From the NCBI GenBank assembly GCA_023920165.1, contig CP089281.1:1674001-1738000 (forward strand): a stretch of DNA of 64,000 bases, given 5' to 3'. The notes below the pieces were generated by a model. It searched no databases, was not told where the DNA came from, and saw only the letters and a list, made by a program, of their open reading frames with translations. Positions 23,691 to 36,508 of this stretch are shown here, piece after piece. The position numbers and the translations under genes are program-made. Numbering within the stretch: the stretch's first letter is position 1; each line of letters begins with the position of its first letter. This stretch comes from Curvularia clavata (Eukaryota).

Positions 23691-25960
23691 TCATCTATAG
23701 TACCACCCAGACTGATATAAATTGCCGTAATAGTCACGCTGTCCAGCTTCTGGATTCAGTGATTTCCTTACAACAGTGACCACTCCAGGCCAGTAGCCCT
23801 CAAGTTCAGCATCAGTCTCGCCACTCGCGACTAGATTATCATATGCGGCTTTTCTTTCTCTTCGGAATTTTCCGACTTCTTCCACTACATCAAACAGGCG
23901 TGTGTCAGGTTTCTTGGGCTCAGGAAGCGAATGCTTTTGGTTGGTAACAAGTTCCAACCCGCTCCCAGCTGCAACAGGTCGGGTACGGACCAATTCCGAA
24001 CTGGGCTGCCCACATTCTTCAGCACCGAAAAAGGAAAAGTCTGATGAGGCAGCCTCCCAAAAGGCTTCTGAATCAGGGTCCTCGGTGCTTGACTTGGAAG
24101 GGTACTGGCGCCAACTAGTTGATAACTTCTTGGGCGTCGACTGAGGTGCGGCCATTTCTAATACAATTCGCCGAAGCGCAAACAAGCTGCTGGCGTACTC
24201 TTCTTCAGCAAGAACACGTCGGCGACCTGGTGGAAGTGCATATGTGAGTCTGGCTCTTTGCCTCGCAGTCAAAGTTTCGTCCGCTGCGTTCTTGATGAAT
24301 TCTATAATCCGGTCGATAACATACTTTTCAGCCTTGATGGGAACCTGAGTAAGAACCAGCGTTTGCAGTTTCGGAAGCATTCCTGGATGTAGGCATCGTT
24401 CAGTTGACTTCCGTTTTTCCAGCTTGGTTTCAAGACCCTCTAGGTGGTGCGAGTAATTTTCATGTGATCTCATCTCATCTGCTACATGCGGGGATAGTGG
24501 TGAATCCACCAACACCGGACCCTGATCCTTTTCCTGATCTCTTTCCGTGACCATCAATGGCAAATCGTCACTGGCTGCTAGACTTCGTGAAGCATTTGCT
24601 CCACGATCTCCAGCACATGTGTTCAAAGAAGCATGATCAGAAAGCCGAGTTGACGGTATTGAACCAGGTAGCTCAACTGCAAAAGACGAGTCTCCCGGCA
24701 TTTCGTGAATGACGTTGGATTCTGGTTCGAGCTCGTGTATCGAAGACTTGGTAACCGCGAGCTCTTGAGCACCTGAGGGCTGCCAGGAACCCAGACCTCC
24801 GCTAAGTTCCACGGGTGGTGATGGAGTTACCTCAAGGGGTACATCCTCCGTCACTATTTGGTAGTTTATCCGGATATATTGCAGTCGATGACATGCGAAT
24901 TCAGACAAGATGGGAGTCAGCTTGGATACACTGGGCAGCGCCACCTCCTGCTCCACAGTACTGGGCTCGTCGGAATTTCTAATGGAAGCTCGTAATGTTC
25001 CTGCGTCCAAAACCTGTAGATGGCCTGGCCGTAACAAACCACATATTCCCTCAATAGTGATGTCGTTCGCGGATAAGTAGAGATGTGATATTCCGACATC
25101 TCGCGCTTCTTCCGATTCACTACATGCATGCTCTTGTGGAACGGGTGCTGTCTCTTTCAAGCACAATTCGAGAAGATGCTGTGTACTGACATCCGTCAAG
25201 TAGTTGTCGCTGATATCAAGGCTCCTGACTCGTTTTCCAGTCGAATGCGCGACCACCGAAAAGTCATCATCCTTAAGACCAATGCCCCGAAGGCTCAGAA
25301 CGCGGAGGCTAGGAAGATACTCGAGTGCAGATAGCACCGCTTTCCCTCTTGCGGCTGCAGTCTTGGACAGATCCAAAGATACGAGATCAGGAAAATGTGG
25401 CAGGGCCTCGGCGAGACCCGTTGATGTGGCATTTGTACAGCCTGACGCCTCTAGCAACCTCAAACCGAACATGGGAAATGTAGATCTCATTCGCTGGCTA
25501 GGATAGCGCAGACAAAGAAGGCTCGCATGATCGAAGAATGGAAGACCGTTCACTATCAAACTCTGTAAATGGGGCAGGTATTCAAGACAGTCTCGCAGCC
25601 ACTCGGCATGTGGACCAGCGTAAATCTCCGCATGCGCCGGCGGGAAACGAAGGGTATGTGTAAGTTCTCTCACACATGGGCGTGCATAAGGCAGGATGCG
25701 TCTGAACCGCGTCAGCGCCACTAGATAGAGTGTCAGTAGATAGGTAATCCCCCGCTGTCTCATACCGTCGTACCGAAAACCAAATCATTTTCATATCCGA
25801 AATGCGAGGCAGGTGACTTCCACAATTGCGGAGTAAAGACCATATTCCATTCTCGACAGACTAAAGCAGCAGAGCAAAGTTGTTGCGATGAGAGGTATGG
25901 TGCAATGAGCATCCAAGGATTGCGGCTGGTGGCAGCCTCATAGGAAGGGAGGTCATCCAT
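23691..25960 (-). CDS. F-box-like / leucine-rich repeat protein, 2 exons
   Basis: Exon 1 MDDLPSYEAA...IAPYLSSQQLCSAALVCREWN (F-box-like). Intron 25721-25773. LRR units LQSLIV, LVSLDLS, LRVLSLRGIGL, VRSLDISDNYLT. The start could be 25966 instead. Confidence 0.82.
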
Positions 25961-26383
25961 AACCATTGACTTGCGCAGGGGACTGTTGTTAGAGGACCAA
26001 GACACACAGGATGACCGAGAAGATTGAGTGCATTTGTATATCAAAGCAAGGTTGCGACGCAGATGCGTGTCTTGATAAGTTCAGTATCTTGGTGGAGGCA
26101 GTGCTTGCATTCGCACTTGAAAGTTGGCAGTTGCAGGGTGGCGCAGCCGATCGACACTGCGATAACTATACGAAGGATGCGAAAAGCATGAGAGCTACCT
26201 TCAACTCCAAAAGGTTCAACGAACCTTTTTGTATTTGAATTTGTCATTAAAACTTGTTGGTTCTCTCCACATTATATTCGCTCTTAGACTGAGGCTTCCA
26301 TTGCAGCCTCGATGCTATTGTCTAGAAGATCGTATTTACCAAGTTGAATTATCTACATAAAAATGCCATTACTCAAATTCAGA

Positions 26384-28177
26384 TCAGCTCGTTACATTCG
26401 TTAATTCGCTGGCAAATTTACTTCGCGCACGGATTCTGGGACCATAAAACACAAGTATCCATGGCACAATGGAAAGCAGAGCACCTATACCGCCGAGTAA
26501 ACTGCTCGCTGGGCCATAACCAAGTTTGTTGTACATTTGGGTCGTGATGAGTGGAAATACACCTCCAAGCATATTCCGGCAGAACGACTGAGCAGCGAGT
26601 GCTGAGCTAGCATATCGGTGATACGTGTCTGCGAGGTAGTTGAAAGTAGCTAGATAAATCGTAAAGATTCCGAGCGTTGCGATTCCGATAGCTATGGCCG
26701 GGACGACCCAGTGGATGCTAGAAAAGCTCGTCCAGCCAAACATGAAGAGTCCAATAGGCATGGAGATGCTCATTACACAGGCAAAATAAAGGCGTCCCTC
26801 TGGTGTATGGGTCGCCTTGCCGTGTCTTTGGGCAATCTTTCCTTGGTATACGGATATGACGCTTCCAAGAATGCTGGCAATAGCCATGGATGCGAACACA
26901 GCATTCGCTTGCTGCAGCGAAAACCCGTGATTGTTCTGGAATACGAGCGGGATGGCTGCCAGCGTGAGATACAAGACTGCCCATGAAAAAGCAACCCAGA
27001 GCGAGAACCAGAAGACTACAGGTTCAGTCAAGAGGAGGTGAAAAGGGCGGTACAAAGAGATGCTAATCATCCTCACAAGAGACGCGCGCTCTTCGTCAGA
27101 TTTTACCTTCCAGCGTAAACGCTGAGAGGTTGTAGATCCCACTTTGTTGACGTCGTGAACTTCGAAGCCGTAGTAGCCAGCTTCCTCACGAGCCTCGTAC
27201 CACTTGTTAAGGCATTTTGCTTTTCTGGATAGAAGGACCGAGCCTCTAGTTTCCTTGAACACTATGCATATGAGTGCGACCATCAATGCGCACGCAATTG
27301 TTTGCGAATAAAAGATCCAGCGCCACGAGGTGTTTTGTGCTATGAAGCCGCATATCATAGGGCCCAGTGAAGTTCCGAATAGAGCGGCACCAGAAAAAAG
27401 AGCCATCGGGGTGTTTCGATCCTCAGCATGGTAAATATCAGACACCACGCCCCCAACCATTGTAGAGAAGGTAGAGCCGCCCACTCCTAGCCAGAAGCGC
27501 GCGACGAGCATCCCAGCGTAGGATCGTGTGAGGCCAGAACATAGTTGACAGACGACGAAGAGAATACCAGAGGCGAGGAAGACGGGTCGGCGTCCATTGA
27601 TTTCTGAAAAGGGAGCGAGCACCATAGGCGCAACGGCAAAACCGGTTGTGAAGGTCGTGATGCCAACGAGTGCAGCAACACTGCTCACTCCCCACTCCTT
27701 CGTCATCTGACCAACGCCTGGACTATAGGCTCCGGCCGAGAAGGCGGTGAGAGAAGTGATGATGCATGATATCCACACTGTTATGCTTTTTCGTGTTTCC
27801 GACCATTCGAAGGGATTGGTGTATTTTACGAGATCGGGAGGTGGAGGTGGTGGTCCTTGGTTTGGTTCTCGTGGATGGATAGTCGATGGGTGGGGAAGTT
27901 CAGTATCAAAGGTAAGGTATTGCCATACTATTTCCATATCTTGAATCTTTTCCTCTGACTTATAGTCTCGAATGCCCTCGTACATTTTGTTCTCGCTGTC
28001 TTTGTCCGAGTCATTGCCGGATGCCATCGCGGGGTCGTAGGTTTCCTTCTGTTGATCAATACCAACTGGGAACATTTCCGAAGCTCTTATTTCCGGGACA
28101 TTGTCTGAAATCGAATTTGGCCGAGAGCTCTGGGCTTGGTGTGTTGAGCTTCGATTAGGATGAGGATTAGGGGCCAT
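26384..28177 (-). CDS. MFS multidrug transporter, DHA1 family (12 TM)
   Basis: NPFEWSETRK, PFSEINGRRPVF (MFS motif A), WRWIF, ET and NYLADTYHRYASSALAAQSFCRN motifs; intronless, 597 aa. Confidence 0.93.
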   Translation of the reverse strand: MAPNPHPNRSSTHQAQSSRPNSISDNVPEIRASEMFPVGIDQQKETYDPAMASGNDSDKDSENKMYEGIRDYKSEEKIQDMEIVWQYLTFDTELPHPSTIHPREPNQGPPPPPPDLVKYTNPFEWSETRKSITVWISCIITSLTAFSAGAYSPGVGQMTKEWGVSSVAALVGITTFTTGFAVAPMVLAPFSEINGRRPVFLASGILFVVCQLCSGLTRSYAGMLVARFWLGVGGSTFSTMVGGVVSDIYHAEDRNTPMALFSGAALFGTSLGPMICGFIAQNTSWRWIFYSQTIACALMVALICIVFKETRGSVLLSRKAKCLNKWYEAREEAGYYGFEVHDVNKVGSTTSQRLRWKVKSDEERASLVRMISISLYRPFHLLLTEPVVFWFSLWVAFSWAVLYLTLAAIPLVFQNNHGFSLQQANAVFASMAIASILGSVISVYQGKIAQRHGKATHTPEGRLYFACVMSISMPIGLFMFGWTSFSSIHWVVPAIAIGIATLGIFTIYLATFNYLADTYHRYASSALAAQSFCRNMLGGVFPLITTQMYNKLGYGPASSLLGGIGALLSIVPWILVFYGPRIRARSKFASELTNVTS

Positions 28178-31048
28178 GTTGTCGTGGATGCCCTCTCTGC
28201 GGTGCAGAATTGTGAATCAGATTTATAGCCACATGGGAGTTGAGGTTTTGAAGAGGAAGATTCGATGCTCGGTGCAAGATGCATACTTCATAGCGCGAGC
28301 GGCGCGGGTACCATGGGCTAGGTGTACCCGAAGCGTGGTCGGCGAACGAATGAACGTTGAAGCGGCTTCTGACCTGGCCGGAGGCTTGATCACAAGAGTG
28401 TTTGTATTGGTCGGGAATAGCATGAATCAGTAGAAAGCGGGTTCGCCAAGGCCGCCTCAAGCTACCGGACCGGTCGAGACATAGACCAAAACAGTGCGTC
28501 ATCCGGGAATTGATCAGGGTGGTTGTGTTGTCTCGGAATAGTTTCTGGCCCCCCGACGGGCATCTACATACAGGCATAGTAACATGTGGTGGGCATTTTT
28601 GTGTGTTGTGTGTAGGAATGTAAGCGACCCCACTGTTGTCATCGCTGACGCAGGCGTTCAGTCTGGGGGGCAGCGTTACAGTTTGTCTTGCTGCATTGGG
28701 ACGCTGCAGTGTGACAAGGCAACAATGTGCATGGCGACAACAGTGGCTATTGTTGTCTTTTATCACTTGGTGGACGGCGCGTAAGGAGCGTCTGAGGCTT
28801 TGGCGATTTGAGCGGGGCTACTCGTATCGCCGTTTACGGTAAATGCTGGATACGAGCGGACTACACCTCCGATGAATTGCCTTCGCTTATCGAGTCATAC
28901 AAAGCCCTCGTGTCGAGAAATCCTATTTCCATGTGGTCTTGTGTATTTGAAATACATATAGAGTTTGGTATGCTGTAGTTTACACAATGGCTATTTGTTA
29001 CTTTAACTTCAGCCAAGAAGCAAGGAGATTAAAGAAGACTCGCCTTGAGTCTGTAGATGTGCAGTCCGTTTTTTATGTTGCACGTGCAGCATTCCGCCAT
29101 CAGAGTGACTGTCCATCGAACTCGGTTAAACTGCTAGTGTTTGCATTGCTTGCGGGGAACGCAGGAATCCAATCACTAGGTGAATGCGCAGCTCAGCTTC
29201 TAATCCTTCATTATTGGTGCTGATTTGGGGGCGATTGGACAGACTATGAAGGAACCTCTCTATGGATCTTACCTGCCTTACTGTCTGAGACAGCGGCGCT
29301 AGCCGTTCCGCATTTAGTATAGATTAAGCCTACTGTAAGCCAGGAAGATGTAGTGTCTAGTTTTGAGGCTGAGCCTTTTTCGACTCTAGTTGGATGTGTG
29401 GGTGCGTGAGTGTATTTATGCAATGAAAAGAACGAGTAAGGCCGTTGAATTCTTTAATAGCTACTTGAATAGTACAAGTATATTAGGAGCCTGCGAGGGC
29501 CAGCTTCTATGCAAGGAGGCTGATTGAAAATCGTCTGGGCTAAAGCTGATTCTCGGACATGCTCAACGCCACCAGGACACAAGATATGCGATCATGGTGT
29601 TGGGATTTGTAGATATATGTGCAATAAAATTGAGCAAAGAGTCATGAAACGAAGGGTTGCCACAATACTCGCAGCTTAGCAGACTAGGTGACAGTTTAGG
29701 CAGCTCGGACGCTATTGAATGGAAGCTTCACAATCTTAGTAAATAGGCAGTATCTGCTCCAAATCATGCATTACAGGCACTCCAAATATTCATCGTCCTA
29801 AACGGGTGTCAATTTGGTACCAGAATTATAGTGCATTGATACCCTTGCGTATAAATCACGGCCATTGTGGTAGACGACACGCTCGATATATGATCTTGAT
29901 TTTCCATATCCTCACGAGCTTAAGATTGCATCAAGTTCAATGAGTCATATACGCACCAGTAAGCATCATCGAGCAACTTGGTGCGAGACGAAGGTTTTGG
30001 TGGATACTGATGATGATCTTGGAAGCCAGGAAATCGGCAGCGAGGCCAAATATAATAGCCATAACGAGTAACACCATCACGTATTACAATTTGAGTGATT
30101 AATTAGAGATTTTGATTACTTGAAGCTCAAATGAACTGCCTGAAAGCAAACTAGAAAAGCCGGAGGTTGCGTCTTTGTTTCACTTCACGTGATCGCGTTC
30201 TGCAAAGGTTAGTCATAAACATAACGCTCCTTATTCATTACCCATATTAGTAAGACCACAGTTTGTACATCTATCTTCTTGTATTCATACTAGCTTAGTA
30301 GGATGTTATGAATGTAGCAGTTGGGAGATTACAAATGCAAGCTTTGTACGGGGACGCAGACAGATGTCGTCACCAACTCGAGTCGTTTGTCCATCGCGGG
30401 CTTCACTGTGCATGCATGAATACCATAGTATCTCGCGTTCCACCATCAACCGACCTTCTCCCGGTGGTCGAGTGGGCTCCGAGTAGGACACTAGGTCGGT
30501 ATTAGATACCAACCCAACGTCAGAACTGCCGACGAGGCCATGGGAGAAATCAAAACGCCACCGGCGAGAGCAATCTTAACGTTGAGATTGCTAGCGAGTT
30601 ATAAGACTAATAGCCCACTTAGTGTCCCATCAGGGTTGCTAAGCTAGGAGGGCTCCCCATCCTAATCGGAGTGCTGGAGCAACAAACCGCCGGGAAAGAT
30701 GGGTTAGATTTCTACTTTTTGCACTCCTTTTGTGCATCAGAAGTGAACGTAATGTATGTAAACGCACCACCTATCATAGAACCTGCTAGCAGACTAAATG
30801 GCGATGTCGGCCAGCTTGTTCCTTCGATGTGACGTACAAGGGTTTTTGCTCAAGCTAGGTACAGATTCTTCTCTATCACCATCTTTTCACTTCTCATTCA
30901 GCCTCGACTTCACTTCAGCTCACTTGTCACACATTTCCTCGGTCGTCTTCTCTTATTCATTCCACTCTCTTATAACCTCTCTCCTATTTGCCTCTCCCAC
31001 GTCTTCTTCTCCCTCACGCCTGACCCTCATCCCTGCCTTTTTCTCGTC

Positions 31049-31657
31049 ATGCGTCGGTCGTCTCAACTTTTCACGCCGGATCCCGTCTTACAGAATGTAT
31101 GTGTGTTCACGGCAACTACAATGTGTCATAATGACCTTTAACAGGGCCTCGAAGACATCACGGGCTTTGAAGAGGAGCCTGTGTCACCTGTCCGAGATCG
31201 CGCCCTTCCTCCGGATGCACCCGTCCATCACTCACCTTCACTTGCATCACCTGGTCACCAAAGTCGCTCCCTTTTGACGAGTAGTCCTGTTTCTTACGTG
31301 GAGTCGTCTCAAATAGGTGCCGGTACAGCAATCGACCTCGAAAACAACCCTGCCACGTCTTCGCCTTCTGGTTCTATCCTGACCGCACCTCGGTCTTCCT
31401 CCACTCTGGCTTGCTTACACTGGGGTGGGTATGCGACCAAGAAGGGCCTTTCCACGTGCACTGTCAAGTCCCATCCAACATGTCTGGCACGGGGTGGTCG
31501 AACCTTTTTCATGCTGACATGCAAGAAATGCGGCTTCGAGCTCTGCAACAGGTGTCAGCGTGCCGTGACGGACCACTCGGGGTCCAAGTACCACGGAAAG
31601 AGAGTCGGGGACGCAGGGTACCAAGGCAAATGGACAAGAACAAGCGGCTCAAAGTGA
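31049..31657 (+). CDS. hypothetical protein (186 aa) with C-terminal Cys/His zinc-finger-like domain, 2 exons (31049-31096, 31145-31657)
   Basis: ATG follows a long CT-rich leader. The 48-nt GTATGT...AACAG intron restores the frame of ORF 31181..31657. C-terminal CLH...C...C...CKKC-x4-CNRC. Confidence 0.7.
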
Positions 31658-32803
31658 GCGGGCTCGTATAAAATAGTCTATGGGAGAGAGGTTGGAGAAG
31701 CAGGCTACTAGAGTAAATCAACACGATCGAGTCCAAAACGAGGGTCATACATCAAAATTTCATGTAAAATAGCTATTTCAGTCCATTCAATTGACTTGCC
31801 ATCCGACTCATTTCATACCTAATTCTTTGATGCGTTGGTGCCCTTCTAATGTGTGTAGAAGTAAGTATATTTGTGAATTCTTATCCGAGAAGTGATTGAT
31901 TTCTCTGCCAGTCATCCTACTACCACTTTTGGTGTATCGAAAAGGTAGGATAAACCCGCCCGATCAAATCCACCTACCTTATATGCGTATAGCCAAAACC
32001 ACCAAGACATTATTAATTTTGTGTGATAGATCATGTGGATCGTATAAGGGTGTTTCATCGCAGTCCCTGAGTAGCTGCACAATTGTGGTAGAGGCAGTTT
32101 TATGCCGAGTATTTCGGTATACCGATAGACAAACTAGTACTTATTATGATAGCTGCTACAATATCCATCAATGCGCCCCGTGAGTTCAGTTCTTGATGTT
32201 AACCACTGAGGCGGTAATCCAGTATCTGGTCGGTTCGTGAATTTGTAATCTGGTTATTAAGACTAAGCGGGAGAGCATCTGATGCCATGGTACGGCAGAT
32301 GATTCCGCGGAGAGCACGTTCGAGTCTAGGCTAGTTAGTACGGACTCATGCCCTTGCATAGCAACTTGCCAATACGAGCAGGTTTGATGTTGTTGCAGGA
32401 GTTCATGAGTATGCCATGCGTTCTCGGGGGCGATAGAGTTCATCCCAATAAGGCCACGCACGATTCCAAAAAGAGCGATGGCCAATTCCACCTTTGCCAT
32501 TCTGATGACGACAAGGCTTGGCGGGAGACACCGCCGGAGACTCAGAGTCTGTGATTTGATGAGGCAGTGATAACACGGGAGAGTTGTGTGGCAGAAAAGA
32601 TGGGGTGGATTTCACGTGCGACGATTGCGCCATACCCGCTAACTGTATGAGAAGGGTCTTGGAGACACCAAAAGGCGCGCGTCGGTCGCCATCAGCCCTC
32701 TTTTCTCACTCAATCACTCAAACTCCATTTCCCTGTGTCCAGATTTTCTCAGGACATCAAATAAACCTCGTTTTCAAGTCCAAACTTCACACCCCACTTC
32801 AAG

Positions 32804-32872
32804 GTACCTGAGCTCCCTACCCCTCCATGCATACCCCACCATCCCCAGAGCAAAGCTAATGCCAATACACAG
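32804..32872 (+). other. 5'UTR intron of the peroxiredoxin gene
   Basis: AAG|GTACCT donor, GCTAAT branch, ACAG acceptor ending 9 nt before the ATG at 32882. Confidence 0.65.
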
Positions 32873-32881
32873 AACACCACA

Positions 32882-33629
32882 ATGGCCGAAGGACGTGCAG
32901 AGCCGCTCCGTCTGGGTAGCACTGCTCCCAATTTCAAGGCCGAGACCACCAACGGGCCAATCGATTTCCACGAGTTCATCGGCGACAACTGGGTTGTCTT
33001 CTTCTCTCACCCCGCGGACAAGACACCCGTCTGCACCACCGAACTCGGCGCTTTCGCAAAGCTGGAACCTGAGTTCGCTCGTCGCGGCGCAAAGCTCATT
33101 GGTCTTTCTGCCGACTCCATTGAGAGCCACGATGAGTGGGTCAAGGACATCAACGAGATTTCGGGCAGCAACCTCAAGTTCCCCATCATCGCAGACAAGG
33201 AGCGAAAGGTTGCTTACGCCTTTGATATGCTGGATTACCAAGACACAACAAATGTCGATTCCAAGGGCATTGCTTTCACCATCCGCTCCGTTTTCATCAT
33301 CGACCCTAAGAAGACTATCCGACTTATCATGAGCTACCCTGCCTCGACCGGCCGCAACACCGCTGAGGTCCTGCGCGTGCTCGACAGTCTGCAGACCGGA
33401 GACAAGCACAGGGTCACCACGCCCATCAACTGTAAGCAACTGCTGACTACGCGGTTGAAGAAGTGAATGCTAATCATACGTCCTTTTTGCAGGGGTTCCC
33501 GGCGACGACGTGATTGTACACCCAACTGTTTCCAACGAGCAGGCCAAGGACCTCTTCCCTGACTTCCGCATCGTCAAGCCTTACCTGAGGTTCACACCGT
33601 TGGCCAAGGAGAAGACCAGTGCGGCTTAG
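32882..33629 (+). CDS. PRX1: 1-Cys peroxiredoxin (Prx6/Prx1 class), 2 exons (32882-33431, 33493-33629)
   Basis: PVCTTE peroxidatic motif and YPASTGRN. Intron 33432-33492 restores TPINWVPGDDVIV...KPYLRFTP. Strong codon bias. Confidence 0.93.
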
Positions 33630-33839
33630 GTAGCTTGATGAGCACGAGTAAGGTTGGGATTTGTAAGAGAGATAGCTTAGATACTTGAGCCCTTATAAAA
33701 CATGGGCAATGAGGAATATACCAGTTATGATCATGATCGCTTAGCGCTTTAGAAACTTTCCGGTCTTGCCTCAGCTTCAGCACACAGCCAAATCGATCAC
33801 TTGCAAAGAAACCCGCATTCTTTCTATACAAATATACTA

Positions 33840-34747
33840 TTACCACGCTGAATGACCACCGTCCATCCTTAAGTCTGCCCCGGTCATGAACGAGCTTGCG
33901 TCGCTGAGAAGAAAAACGGCAGCACCACGATATTCCTCCGGCTTCGACAAGCGGCCCAGCATATTCTGGGTCGGCCAGGTATCTCTGCGCTCTGGGTATT
34001 TCGTGAAAAGCTCCTCCACCATGGCTGTTACAATGTATCCCGGTGAGATCGTGTTGACACGAATCTTGTGCTCACCCCATTCAGAGGCCAGATTACGCGC
34101 TAGCTGAATTACGCCTGCTTTTGAGGCATTGTATGCCGAGCAGATGAGACCCTTTGATTCACGTTAGCGGAGGGTCACAGCAGCTCATGGACATTGTCGT
34201 ACCCTGTTCGCGACGGTGCCACTCATGCTCGCGATGAGCACAATACTTCCGCCATTGCCAAACTTGATCATCTGCCTTGCAGCCGCTTGCGCCGTCATCA
34301 TACAGCCGGTAATATTAACTTCAAACATGCGGTTCGCATCCTCAGCAGTGTACTCTAGCGCAGGCGTCTCTTGTTGAATGCCCGCCGCTGCAATCAGTCC
34401 ATCTAGCCTTCCCTCCTTGCTTGCGATATCGTCGACGATCTCGTTCAGCTTCTTGACGTCTCGCACATCTATTTGTCGGTATTCGAGCAATGTTCCGTTC
34501 TTCTTTGCTTGCTCTGCAATCGGAGCAAAGTCCGGTGATGGTTCGGGAAGTCTGTCGAGTGCGTACACTGGAAGTCCGGGTTAGTCGGCAGATCTCCAGA
34601 CTCTCTGCATGTATGGAGGTGTTCACCCTTTGCGCCAGCTTCTAGCAGTGCTTCAGCTTGTGTAAGACCAAGTCCTCGAGCAGCGCCCGACACAAGTATG
34701 ACCTTGCCGGCCAAGCTGAACTCTGGTAGCCCGTGTGTGGCAGACAT
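33840..34747 (-). CDS. short-chain dehydrogenase/reductase, D-arabinitol dehydrogenase / sorbose reductase-like, 3 exons
   Basis: SGAARGLG cofactor motif, IASMSG, catalytic YNASK, RVNTISPGY, TGADLRMDGG. Introns at 34568-34626 and 34152-34202. Convergent with PRX1. Confidence 0.9.
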
Positions 34748-34839
34748 GTTTTGATCGGTTCGAATTAAAAGTATAAAACTCAAGAAGAGGAGGAATGAGA
34801 GTTAGAAATCACACTGATGAGCTCACTGGGAGTGGTGTA

Positions 34840-34845
34840 TTTATA
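34840..34845 (-). promoter_or_regulatory. putative TATA box of the SDR gene
   Basis: TATAAA on the minus strand about 95 nt upstream of the ATG, followed by a CT-rich leader. Confidence 0.5.
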
Positions 34846-36508
34846 CAGTGGAAGGTATGCGGAATCGCTCCGTAAATTCTACACAAACCGGAGCTACTGT
34901 GGATTTATATATCGGTTCCGGGTGCCTTTCAGGTCACGAGCTTCTCTTGGAGCGAGTCTGGCCGTGGCTACTCTTCCTCATCTGCATCTGCGGCACGATT
35001 ACGGTAGAGCTCTAGGTGTGTTTGCGGGGAACTGTTCGGCATCTTCGGAAATTACCCAATCGGGCATTCCGGGACCTTGCCGCGGGGTGTCGAGTCGGGG
35101 TTTGGGACATGAGCCAGATACCACGTCGCTGTTCGTAGCTTGAGCTTCAGGCCCTAGAGTGTCTACGCCTCGGAAGCAGTGTATTGTCCTGGACTAGTTT
35201 GCGGAATTCAATGGAATGTTTATATCCGGAACGACGTGTCCCAACCGTACAAATTGGAGCGCAACACCCTCAACATGCACCTCAGATCGCAGCGTCTAGC
35301 CTGTCTCTATCCTGAGTGATTCAGGATGCTTTGCGTCAACTCTCTGAGCACTGCAGAAATTCAGTCGCTTCTTTATACCATCCCCACCACACTGGTTCGT
35401 CGTAATGTTATCGTACAGGCGGTGGCATTCTTCAGGCTATCATATCTCGAACATGCGATGCACGTACCTCAATTAAATCACACGATAGGGCTCTGTGTAT
35501 CATCTTCAGTACCTCAAGGACAGATGTCGTGAGACTGAGTTTACTTGTCCGTCGCAATCCGTACAAGAAACGCCTTGCGTCGATTCAAACTGCGACACCT
35601 GAGCGGCCTTGCCTACTGCGCCTACTGCGCCATCCGTCACCAGAGCCTGATCACTCGACAAAAGCCTTGAAGGCCGCCTAAGGCACAGATCAACATCCAG
35701 GGGGATCGTACGATACCTTAGTCTGCTGTTGCACAGTAAGGAGGCACGACCAAACCCCAGGACGCGGCACAGTTGACTGTGTCGCAAAGCGCCAATCGAC
35801 AGCTTCAACGGCACAACGAAAACATCGCATATCGATGCAAAGGAGCCCTTTCACAGCACTGAAGGAGTACGTATTGTTGATTGTCACATATATCGAAGAG
35901 GAGTCTCAAAATGTATAACGCGACTGTTCTCACGACCACTTGGCAAGACAAAGCTCTATTCTTGTGGCTCGAAAACATCACATTGTGACCCGGAAAACGG
36001 ATGAACAACAAAATAAATCTCAGTAACATGTCAACAACTCTGAGACAAAGAGCAGGGCGCCTTGCTCGCACAGACTGCAAGGCTGCCTCAAGGCGAACGC
36101 GTTGCAGTACACAGCGGGGCAGTGCACGACCCCACCAACAACAATCACATCACTGAATTGCTAATCTTAGGCGCCAGGTTTGAGAAGCACAGGCGGCAAA
36201 TCGATCTAAATCTTGCTTAGGCGCTGTGTTTAGGCAGGCAAAGAACAGACTGCGCATTGTTGCCGCGAGGCTGCGCATCATAGGTAGGCAGGGCGCCTAT
36301 ATGCAGGCCAGGCGGGTACTGAGTACAATATGTAGTGGGTACATTCACGCCGCAAAAGGCGCCCTATTCCTTGAGCAAGCATTTCTTTTTGTGTCTCGAT
36401 CATACGACCGAAGAATCTGTTCACTCATTTTCTTTCCATACAAAAGTACACATTGCCTTTTGTTGTGTTTTGACCCTACACGGCATCGCCAGCCAAACCA
36501 AATCCACA

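Noticed and set aside
28087..28291. ATG-initiated ORFs upstream of and overlapping the MFS start as regulatory uORFs
   Set aside because: A TATAAA at about 28222-28227 lies between them and the MFS ATG, so they are probably not in the transcript.
28800..30700. AT-richer gap as a transposon remnant
   Set aside because: No terminal repeats, LTRs, target-site duplications or transposase/RT motifs could be read.
32774..33439. 221-aa antisense ORF over PRX1 (likewise 58167-58901 over YTA7 and 63228-63764 over RPS2)
   Set aside because: Biased codon usage of the sense gene removes antisense stops; no independent coding features.
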